64,000 nucleotides of DNA, taken from assembly GCA_963796685.1 (NCBI GenBank), contig CAWCMR010000025.1, positions 1,920,001 through 1,984,000 on the forward strand, read 5' to 3'. The position numbers and the translations under genes were made by a program. Shown in pieces: positions 26,644 to 36,600 of the stretch (position 1 is its first letter; each line of letters starts with the position of its first letter). Origin of the DNA: an uncultured delta proteobacterium (GTDB lineage Bacteria; Myxococcota_A; Polyangia; Fen-1088). The notes below the pieces were generated by a model. It saw only the letters and a program-made list of their open reading frames with translations, was not told where the DNA came from and ran no database searches.

Positions 26644-29600
26644 CGCTTGCTGCCTCGGGTGTCGGGATGTGCGACGCGTGGGTCGGCCGGGGGCGGGGCG
26701 AGGCGGGTCTGGTAGGGCTTGCCGGTGCGGGCGGCCTCGACCATGGCGTCATAGATTTCGAGGATGACCCGCTTGGTGCGGTACTCGCCATGGGCTTTCT
26801 CGTCGTTCTTGCGAACGACGGGGAAGGTATCCATTACGTAGTCAGTGTCGTCCCGATTCAAGCCGTAGAGGTGGAAGAAGGCGGCGTCCAGCTCGCAGCG
26901 AAGCAGGAAGCGGCGCTCGGAATCCCAGCGGAAGGGCGGGCCATCGTAGCCGACGTCGTGGGCAAAGGGTTCGAGAGCCCAGGCGGTGTACGTGAGCTCG
27001 AGGACGCGGGGGAGAAGCCAGTCGCGGACAACAGTACCGCGCCGCCAGTCGGTATCGGCGGTGTACTTGTCGGGCGGAAGCACCGGGAGCTGTTTCACGA
27101 CGAAGTAGGTAAGGCTGGTTCCACCGACTTTCTGGCGTGCGGTGTAGTCGAGGGCGAAGCTGCATAGCGAGGCGTATAGACACGCGACCAGGACTGGTTC
27201 CCCCTCGGGCATTATGAGCGGGAACTTGTGGCCGACTGCCGCGAGCGGGATCAGAGACGCAATAACGGTCCGCTGATCGATGCTGCGACAAATGTCCCGC
27301 CAACCGAGAATCCACTCTCTTGCCCAGCAACCTCGAAGCCGTTTGCCCACCTCGGACTCGGCGACCCAGTATCGCGGAGTTGGTGAATACAGTGGATCCA
27401 GAAGCCGTGTCGCGGGGATGATCGGCAGGTTGCGAGTATCGGTTCCTTCCTTCTCTGCCGATCGGTCGGCGTAGTCGCCAAAGCGATGGTCAAAGTGATG
27501 CACCATCTTCGCTTCGATGAGCGGCAGGACCTCGCCGCCGCTCCCGACAGTGCTGGTGCGTTCCAGCCTGCGTCCGCTCGCCGCCAGCTCCGCGCGCGTC
27601 TTGAAGAGACCAGAGTCATTCGCCATATCGAGCATACGCATAAATCGCAGACTCCAAGGATTGCCCTTCGCTTCGTCGGACTCGCGCCACAGGATGCCTG
27701 CGCGGCGATACATGGCTAGGTTGATGTCGGCGTCCCGACGCGAACGGAACGTTGCGCAGGTTCGCGTGTTGGGATTAAGGACGACGATATCTGTGTCGCT
27801 GAGAGAGAAAGTCCGCTTCGGGTCTCGGAGGTCCATCGCGCTCAGCGCGTAGAACACGAACTCTGGTGCCTCGATATGCCCCGCGGCGATCGTTAGGAGT
27901 GCGAACTTGATGTTGTCGTGGCCGATGCCCCGAAAGAGATTGGCGCTCGCTACGTTCTGGAAGTCATACAGGCTCGCGAGTTGTCGAGACGAGACTAGCG
28001 TTCCGAAGTACTCCTTTGTCGTGTCGTCAGTCGCAATCCCCGTTGGTACGATGAACCCGGCCCGTCCATGCGGTCCGAGAACCGCACGGTTGTGCTCTGC
28101 GAAGACGGCGTAGGTGTTTATGTCCCCCTTTCCGCACAGGGGATAGCGACCTGACTGACGGATGTATTGGCTTTGTCCTTCGGCTTCGCGGCTGGCTAGG
28201 GACCATTCGTTCCACAGCAGCGTGTTTGTTTGAGGTAGTGCTGCGATTAACTTCTTCCGCGCCGCCGCGTTCACCGCGACAGAGATCTCTTCACTCCGTG
28301 AGGCGAAGAACTCCTGCTCCTGCAGCTTCACCCGCTCCCACGGCGGATTCCCCAGCACCACGTCAAATCCGCCCCTCGCAAATACCTGCGGGAACTGCAA
28401 GTGCCAGTGGAAAAATCGGTACTCGTTGGCCAACCTGCGGACCTCGATGACGAGCGCGGGCGACGCCAATTGCGGATCATGCCGAAGGCGCTCCCATTCC
28501 GCGTGGGTTGGAGCCATCGTCGCCAAGTCTCCCGGTTGCTTGCACCACACGAAGGCCGCGCACCAGGCGTCGGCGGCGAGACGGCGCGCTCGATAGAGTT
28601 GCGAGTCGAGCAGCCCCGCCCACGTCTGGCCCTTGCGTATAAGGTCCCCAAGGTTACCGTCAGGAGCGGCATCCAGCGACTGCACCTGTGTGGCGAGCGC
28701 TATTGTCCCACCTTCAACGACCGCGCTGAACTCGAAGGAGGCATTCTTGTCCTCTCGCTCGGCCTTGTTGCGCTTCTTGAGGGCGCTGGCGGTCTTCTTG
28801 TCGTCACCCTCAATCGGCTCCCAAGCAGCGTCGGGGATACCCTTGGCCATCAGCTCCGGCGTCGTGCCGAGCAGGGCATTGCCTTGCTGGACGTGCGAGT
28901 CGAGGAATGACAACGGTCGGCCGGGCTCGACGGCCTTCATCCACAGGCTGACCCGGCACAGCTCGACCGCCATGGGGTTGAGATCCACGCCGTACACACA
29001 ACGGCCGATAACCTGGCGAAAAGCGTGCCGATACTGCTCGCCCGAGGGCGTGCCGCCAGATTCCAATTGCGCCACCTGCGAAGGCCAACCTCTCGGCAGC
29101 GGCCAGCAGGAAGTGTCCCGAGCCGCAGGCGGGATCCACGATGGACAGGCTCAGCAATGCCTCGACGGGATTCTCGGGATGCTTGGCGATGGTGTCGGCG
29201 ATGACCGGATCGAGGGCGCTGTCGAGCAACACCTGCACCAAGCTGTCGGGCGTGTAGTAGCTGCCCGAGGTCTTGCGCGCGTTGCCTTTGGTCTCGCCGC
29301 CCTCGGCGAAACCGAAGGTCCGACCGCCGGAGATCTGCGGCACCAGCTCGAGCAGGCTCTCGTACACGCTGCCCAGCTCTTCCGGGCCCATGTCGCGCCA
29401 GTTGACCCGTTCCAGACCCCGCTGGTGTAGCCAAGCCAGCTTGAACACGGCAAGCAGGAAGGCATGGTTTTCCAGCTTGGACTTGTCGAGGGCCACGCAC
29501 TGGTCCGCGGCGAAGATGCCGGCCAGTGCCGGCAACCCGAGCCTGGGCTCGCCAAGCCCAAGCCCCTTGAACACGATCATGGTGACTTCCCAGAGATCCG

Positions 29601-30648
29601 AGTGGCGGTCGTGCGCGCTGCGCTTTACCGAGCGCTCGCGCATCCGCCGCATGCCGTAGCCCTGGGCATAGAGGCCCTTCGCCTTCTCATCGGTGCCGTC
29701 GGGATGGAGCAGCCCGCGCTCTTCAACGGTCAGCAGGAAGATCAGGCGGTAGATCAGGCGCAAGAGCTGGTTAAAGTAGTCCTTGATGGACAGCGCCCCG
29801 CTTTGCAGATCCGCCAGCAGCGCGCCGTTCGCGGGGTGGGAAAGGAAGCCTTGGCCGAGTGCCATCAGCGCCTGCTCGACCCCCTTGCGCAGATCCGCTC
29901 GTGCCCGGGTGCCCTCTTCGCGCCCAGCCTCGCGCCAAGCTTCGAGCGCGCAATCGGCGACAGGTTGGCCGGGCTTGCCGAAGCGAGTCTGGTGCGCGAG
30001 CAGCCACAACGCCGCGAAATCGGCGTAGCGGCCCTCGGTGAAGATGCGGCCGAGGTCGGCCTCGATCCAGGCCGGCCGGGTAAGGCTGGCGTTGTCGCGC
30101 AGGATCCGCAGGGTCTTTCCGTCGGAGACCAGACCCCACAGGGCTTCGTCGACGGCGTTCAGGTATTCCTGGGTCAGGCCAAAGGCGGTGCGGCGACGGC
30201 CGCTGTCTCCCAGCTCGGGAAGGGGTTCTTCCAGTCCCTGGCCGGCGGGCGCGATGACCACCGGGACGCGCTGGCCGTGGGCAGAGAAGCCGATGGTGAA
30301 GGTGCGCTCGCCAATTTGCACCGGAGCGACGGGCGCCAGGGTGGAGAAGCTAAAGCTGTCACGCAGGAGCGCGAGCACGAAACGCTCGGAGAGGGCACGC
30401 GCGTCGCCGCCAGCCGCGAGGCCGGCGTCGAAGTCCTTCCAGTTGGCCTGGGCAATGCGCCAGTAACGGCCGATCTCGTCGCGCAGATTCAGGCCCTTGG
30501 GCACGGCATAGTCGGCCTCGGTCTGCTGTGCAGCCTCGAGCTTTGCCACGCGCGCCAGCCATTCGGGAGAGAGGAGGCCGCCTTCGATGGAGAGAGCCTC
30601 GAAGGCGAGCTGCGCCTCTTGCTTTCGGGGTTTGCGTTGGGTGGCCAT
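26640..30648 (-). CDS. large N6-adenine DNA methyltransferase (Eco57I/DrmMI-like), apparent +1 frameshift at ~29085
   Basis: EELGSVYESLL, RKTSGSYYTP and DPACGSGHFL in ORF 28810..30741; YGVDLNPMAVEL and GFDVVLGNPPW in ORF 26640..29075; removing one base gives ~1335 aa. Confidence 0.88.
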
Positions 30649-30667
30649 GGCCTCAGAGCACTCCGGT

Positions 30668-30787
30668 CCCCTCGCCCCGCGTAGCGGGGAGAGGGTTAGG
30701 GTGAGGGGACGTGGCTGTGGGCGGAGAGTGGCGCCCCTCACCCGCCGCGCTTCGCGCGTCGGCCTCTCCCCGCTGCGCGGGGCGAGG
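30668..30787. repeat. pair of inverted REP-like palindromic elements
   Basis: CCCTCGCCCCGC-GTA-GCGGGGAGAGGGTTAGGGTGAGGGG and an inverted related copy CCCCTCACCC...CCTCTCCCCGC-T-GCGCGGGGCGAGG. Confidence 0.7.
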
Positions 30788-30816
30788 CGATTTCTGGTGC
30801 AGATACGACCTGGGCA

Positions 30817-33609
30817 TCAGTTCACTCTCGGCAGCAGGACGTAGAGGCCGATCACGTCGGCGGGAAGCAGTGCCTTCACGGTGTACTTGCCGAGGGCTTG
30901 GGAGGCAACGCGAACTCGGCGATGATCCTCGAGCAGAGCATCGGCCCGACTTCTTGCAAAGGATTCGAGATCGCCGGTGTGGTCGGCAAGCCACGCCAGG
31001 GCTTGTTCGAGGGTTCGGCGGCGCACGTGCGCGGGCGGATCGCTAACCGGCGGAGGAAGCAGCAACGCCAGGGCCTCCGCGCCCTGATGGATTGCACCTG
31101 GCGAGGATCCCCAAGCCATCGCGGTCGCTTCCTCGACTAGCAGGTCGCTCGTGCGCGCGGCCTTCTGCGTTTGCAGCTGGTGGCGCAAGCGCACGAGAGC
31201 CACAATGGTCCTCTCGCTCACGGTCGATGAGACCCAGCAACCGGCGCGGCCGAGCACGGATGGATCCGCCCCACCTTCCGTCACGGCTTCGGCCAACGAA
31301 CGCTCAAGCAAGGATTCGGCCAGCACGGAGACCAGGGGATGGCTGCGAAGGACCGGCCGACAGCGAGGCGCGGGAGGGATCTGGAAATCGATCAGTACGT
31401 TGCCAGACAGTCCCTCCACTTCCAGGCGCTCTTTCACCTCACCGGGCAGGGCCGCAAGCGGAGCCTTGAAGCCTCGACGAAGTGCTTCGAGGCCGGCGCC
31501 CAGACGTGCGAGCGCCCGGCTGGTGAAGCGCTGTACGTCTTCCTTGCCGCCGACCGCGGCCAGGGTCTTCTTCCACTCAGGCAGCACCTCGTCGGGCTTG
31601 AGGCGCCGCTGTGCGAATTTTGTGAGGTTGCGCTTGGCATTGTCGGCGGCATTTTGCCAGCAGTCGTCCATGGCCTTGCCTTCGGCGGACGAAGTGAAAT
31701 CCATCACCATCTGTTTCCCGTCGCCACGACCACGCAAGATCACCGCGCGCATCAGGGTCTGGGTCAGCGTATGGCCATCGTCCGGCAACGGCACCGGCAC
31801 GCCCAGCTCCTCTTTGATCTTGGCGGCCTTGCGCAGGATGACCTCGAGCACCGCACCATCGACGGGATTGTTCGCGCCGTACATCAGAGTGGTGCGCACG
31901 ACCTCGGCGTTCTGGCCAAAGCGGTCGACCCGGCCTTCGCGCTGTTCGTGACGGGTCGGGTTCCAGGACAGGTCGTAGTGGACGACGGCATCGAAGTGCT
32001 GCTGCAGGTTGATGCCCTCAGAAAGACAGTCGGTGGCGATGAGCAGCCGGCCGTGCTCAGCCTCGGCGAATTCTTCAACCTTTGACTCACGTTCCTCGGA
32101 TGGCATCACACCGGTGATGACCTCGACCTTTGCTTTGCCAAATCGGCTTTTGAGGTGGTCGCCGAGGTAGTGGGCGGTGGCGATATAACGGCAAAAAACG
32201 ATGGGGTTGAATCCGTCGTCGAGCAGCTTGCCGAGATGCTCGGTCAGAAGCTTCAGCTTGGGGTCGCCCGCCTGTCCGGCCAGGTGCTCAGCCTGATCGA
32301 TGAGTTTTGCCAGAGCTGGATCGTCCGCGGCTGCGGGGGGCTCGACGTCGTCATCGGGTAGCGAGTCGCTGGTGCCGTCGAATAGGCGGTCGCTCAAGGA
32401 TTCTTCGTCGAGGGCCTCGTCGTCGAGGCCGGCGCGCGAGCGCAGGGCCTGGCGGGCAGCGGCGGGGCTGGAGGCCACACAGCGCATGAGCGCCAGGGTG
32501 CCCCAGAAGTTGAGACGCTGGCGGCGCTCGTCCGGTCCGGCGCGCCCGACCACGTCGGCACAGTAATCCAGAACGGAGCCGAAGAATTTCTCCCATGCGC
32601 CGGTCAGCCGATAGGTCAGCTCTTTGGTCTCGCGGCGAGCAAAAAGCTTGCCCTCTTGCCATTCCGAGATATCGGGACGGCGGCGCTGGACGAAATGCTG
32701 GGACAGGCGGTCGCGTAGCCGCACACGGTCGTCCCCCGTCGCGGCCGCGAGGTTCGCGAAATCCCGATCGAGCAAACCGAGCAGCCGAAAGAACGCCTCC
32801 TCGTCGCCACTGTGAGGGGTCGCGGTGAGCAGGACCATGTGGCGGCTGGGCGAGTCCGCCAGCGCACGCAACAGCTCGTGCCGCTGGTGGCGGCCCTGGC
32901 CCGTAGACGCACAGGTGTGGGCCTCGTCGACGATGACGAAGTCCGGACAGGTCTGCAGAAAGAAGTGCCGGCGCGCCTCGCTCTTGATGTAGTCGAGGCT
33001 GACGACGGTGTGGTGGAAAGCTGTGAAGATGCTCTCGCCGGGTGGGATGCCGTTCTCGAGACGCTTGGCATTGGCAGCGGTCACGCCCACGGCGTGAATG
33101 TGGAAGTGCACATCCAGCTCGCGCACCCATTGCTCTACGAGATGCGGGGGACAGAGCACGGACGTGCGATCAATTTCGCCGCGGTCGAGCAGCTCGCGCG
33201 CAATCAGCGCACCCTCGATGGTCTTGCCCACGCCGACGTCGTCGGCGATCAGCAATCGCACGGTGTCCTGCTTGAGAGCCATCAGGAGCGGCACGAGCTG
33301 GTAGGCGCGCGGCTCGACGCTGATCTGGCCGAAGCTGCGGAAGGGGCCTGCGCCCCGGCGGAGCGAGAGCAGCAAGGCATCGCGCAGCAGGAGTGCGGCG
33401 TCTTGGCTGCCTTGCTGATCAAGCCGGGGAGGCGGAAAGTTGGCATCGCTGATCGGCTCGGTTTCGAGCCCAAGGTGGATGAGGGTCTGGTCGTCTTCTG
33501 ACCCAGTGACGGGCCGGACGTGCAAGACTTCCGCGTCGCTGCCCGCCATGACGATCCACTCGCGGCCACGTGCGAGAACCAGGCTGCCGGGGCCCCAGGT
33601 GGCGCTCAT
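30817..33609 (-). CDS. SNF2-family helicase (DrmD-like)
   Basis: PRAYQLVPL, LLIADDVGVGKT, VDEAH, LLTATPH, SEGINLQ, WNPTRHEQREGRVDRFGQ. Confidence 0.9.
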   Translation of the reverse strand: MSATWGPGSLVLARGREWIVMAGSDAEVLHVRPVTGSEDDQTLIHLGLETEPISDANFPPPRLDQQGSQDAALLLRDALLLSLRRGAGPFRSFGQISVEPRAYQLVPLLMALKQDTVRLLIADDVGVGKTIEGALIARELLDRGEIDRTSVLCPPHLVEQWVRELDVHFHIHAVGVTAANAKRLENGIPPGESIFTAFHHTVVSLDYIKSEARRHFFLQTCPDFVIVDEAHTCASTGQGRHQRHELLRALADSPSRHMVLLTATPHSGDEEAFFRLLGLLDRDFANLAAATGDDRVRLRDRLSQHFVQRRRPDISEWQEGKLFARRETKELTYRLTGAWEKFFGSVLDYCADVVGRAGPDERRQRLNFWGTLALMRCVASSPAAARQALRSRAGLDDEALDEESLSDRLFDGTSDSLPDDDVEPPAAADDPALAKLIDQAEHLAGQAGDPKLKLLTEHLGKLLDDGFNPIVFCRYIATAHYLGDHLKSRFGKAKVEVITGVMPSEERESKVEEFAEAEHGRLLIATDCLSEGINLQQHFDAVVHYDLSWNPTRHEQREGRVDRFGQNAEVVRTTLMYGANNPVDGAVLEVILRKAAKIKEELGVPVPLPDDGHTLTQTLMRAVILRGRGDGKQMVMDFTSSAEGKAMDDCWQNAADNAKRNLTKFAQRRLKPDEVLPEWKKTLAAVGGKEDVQRFTSRALARLGAGLEALRRGFKAPLAALPGEVKERLEVEGLSGNVLIDFQIPPAPRCRPVLRSHPLVSVLAESLLERSLAEAVTEGGADPSVLGRAGCWVSSTVSERTIVALVRLRHQLQTQKAARTSDLLVEEATAMAWGSSPGAIHQGAEALALLLPPPVSDPPAHVRRRTLEQALAWLADHTGDLESFARSRADALLEDHRRVRVASQALGKYTVKALLPADVIGLYVLLPRVN

Positions 33610-36600
33610 TGCGGCTTACCCAACGCGGCAGAAAGGCGGCGGAAGGGCTCAGCCCATGTGGACTCGGGACCGTCGAATGCGATCAGCTCGAAGCCGCGGG
33701 ACACAAGGGCGGTTGTGACCGCTTCTGCGGGCCGGCCGAGGATTGCGGCTACGTAGTGTGTTCGCCAGACGAGGGTTAGCCTCGTGTCTCCGACCACCAG
33801 CGGTTCAGTATCCGGAGCGGGCAGCTCCCTCGTGCGCGCGAGATCGATCCACCGCGCCAGACCGGGATCCGCGGGCGCGGGGGCGGCGGCTACTACCGGT
33901 GGATTCTCCAGAACGTTGGTGCGCGAACGAGCGAGCCTGAGCAGAAACTCGCGCGCCTGCTGGTCGCGGCGGTCGAGAAGCTCGTGGTCAGGCTGGTTGT
34001 AGTACGACATCAGGCACTTGTAGCAGGCAGCGACGCAGGCCGTACCTGGGGCGTCGGCCAGCAGCCTCTCCTCGGCGGGGGCACGTGAGCGATCCTCGAT
34101 ATCGAAGTGCATGATCTCGAGCGCCTTCCATGCGACCTCGGCCAGAGCAGTGGGCTCGGCCACCAGGCGGGTGAGCACGCCCGCGCCACCCTCGGTGGCT
34201 TCGTAGAGCAGGAAGCTGCTCCGCTCGTCCCGCGCCGGCATGGGCTCGGCCAGGACTTCCCCGGATTCAAGCTGGAAGACCAACTCGACACCGCGAAGGA
34301 GCGCGTGCTGAATCGTGGCCAGTGCCTTCGGGCTGGCGTCCTCGAGGTGTGGGCGCAGCAAGAGCGCGTTCTTGTGGTCGCGCACGCAGGGAACGATCCA
34401 CTGGCGCGGCTTGGCCGTGGGATCGGGCTGGTCGTCGCCGTCGTCCTCGTCTTTCGCCCAGAAACCGTGGATGGGATCGATGCAGAAGCCGAAACGGGTA
34501 CGGTCCGCCCGACGGCGCAGCCCCTTGTTGAGGCGCGTGATGGTCGCGCCGGGGCCGTAGGTCAGGTACGCGACCTCGCCGTCCTGGTCCAGTGCGGCGC
34601 CGCGCCGGACGTCGGGTACGTGGTCGCGCATGGCCCAGACGTAGGTCGTCTGCAGCTCGAAGCCCTGGCGTTTGCGCTCCTCGTCGTTGGCCGTGATCCG
34701 CTCGGCCTGCTGGGTAGCGACGTTCTCGATGCGATAGATGTTGCGAATGACCTCGCCGTCACCAAGAGGTGCCTGGCAGCAATGGCACAGGGAATCGTCG
34801 AGATTGAAGTGGCCGGCCCCGCACTCCTTGCAGATGCGAACGGATTCCACCGGCAAGTTGCTGTCCGCCGTGACGGCCTCACGGCGGCCAAGGGACAGCA
34901 TCGCCCTGACGACGCGATAGGCGCGACCTTCGTGGTACACGAGGCTGCGCGGACCGAACTCGGCCAGAGCCAGAAAGCGCGGTCGCTGTAGGCAAGTCTG
35001 GCGGCCCTTGCCATCGCCGGTCGAGGGGACGAAGGCCATCAGGGGCAGGCGTGGAAAGTTGTAGCCAGGTAGGAAGCCCTCGGTAGCGAGATAGCGGTAG
35101 GTGTAGAAGTCGCTCGACTGGCTGCTGGTGCCCTTCTGCAGGAGGTCGAGCAGCTCCAGCGCCTGCGCGTGCCGGCTTCTGGCGGCGTTCTTCTCTTTCT
35201 GCGGGGCCGAGTAGTCGTCCATCGTCCGGCGAGCAGCATCTCGCTGCATCTCACCCGCCACGAATAGCTCGCGCCAACGCTTGAACGCTTCCTTGAATCG
35301 TTCCAGGGCATTGCCCGCGATGGCCGTGGCGAAGTCGTCGCGGCCGGGATACCAGGGGGCAAGCGCCGGCGTCAGATGTTCACTGAGAAGATCGAGCACA
35401 TGCTTGATGCGTTCGGCGGCCTCTTGCACGACCCGCGGCTCCGCGAGCGGGGCGAGCACCTCAGCCCGCAAGGGGCGGGCTGGATCGTTCAGGACCAAAA
35501 GCTGCGAAATGGCCGCGTCGAGCGGTTGCTCGGTGCAGGCCAACCAAACCGCGTGAAGGTGGCTCTCGACCAGCTCTCGATTGGCAAGGTCCAGCGAGGG
35601 TGGGCGGACCTCGCCGTGCACCATCTCTTTCGGTCGTTGGAAGAAGTACTGGTCGTGCGGGCCCTGGGCCGAGCAGTAGGTGAGGGCGAGCGCGCCCTGG
35701 CCGCTACGGCCAGCACGGCCGCTGCGCTGGGCGTAGTTCGCCGGGGTGGGTGGGACGTTGCGCATGTACACGGCGTTGAGCGCCGCGATGTCCACGCCCA
35801 GCTCCATGGTCGGAGAGCAGAAGAGGACCGGCAAGAAGCGGTTCGCCTCTCGGAGCTCGCGCAGACGCTTCTCGTCGGCGGCCAGCTCGCGCTGCTCTTT
35901 GTCGCCGAACCGGAAACGTTTCTCGCGGATCTCGCGCCGATCGCCATCGACCTGCGCGGTGTGCTCGCGCGCCTCGAACCCAAACAGCGGGTGGCCCGGC
36001 TGCCTGAGCATCTCGGCCAGCGTGGCGTAGAGATCACGGAAGAAGGCGTGTTGGTTGCGCTGCGCGGGCGTCACTTCGGGCGTCGCCGCGCGGAAAACGA
36101 CGGCGTCGGCGTTGAGCCTCCAACCTGTCTGCCCGAACGGTGTGACTTCCTCGGAGACCAGGCCGTGCTTCGAGGCGGCCGCCAGGAGGTTACCCATCAG
36201 CGCATCCAGCTCGGGCGCCTTGATGGCGCGGATTGACCGATCGCCACCCCAGAGCTCGGATGACTTCAGAACACGGCCAAGGGCGCTACGGGACCCGCCT
36301 CGTGCGATGAGATCTTCATCGCGTAGACGAATGTCATCGCGGGCCGGCGCATTCACCATCAACCATCGGGCGGAAGCTGGCTTCTCGTCCGGGCCAAAGC
36401 CCCAAGGAACGCGCAGCCGGTTGTGCGATCGTTCCTGCATCTGGCCGATGGTGATCGTGTCGAGGACCTGGCTGCGAACCGCCATTCCCTTGCGCAGGTG
36501 ATTGAAGATCTGGCAGTAGACGCCGGCTCGGACCTCCGGCGTTGCGTTTCTGAGGATGGCGGGGGCGTCGGCGAACAACCCTTCATCCGCGCACAGGTCC

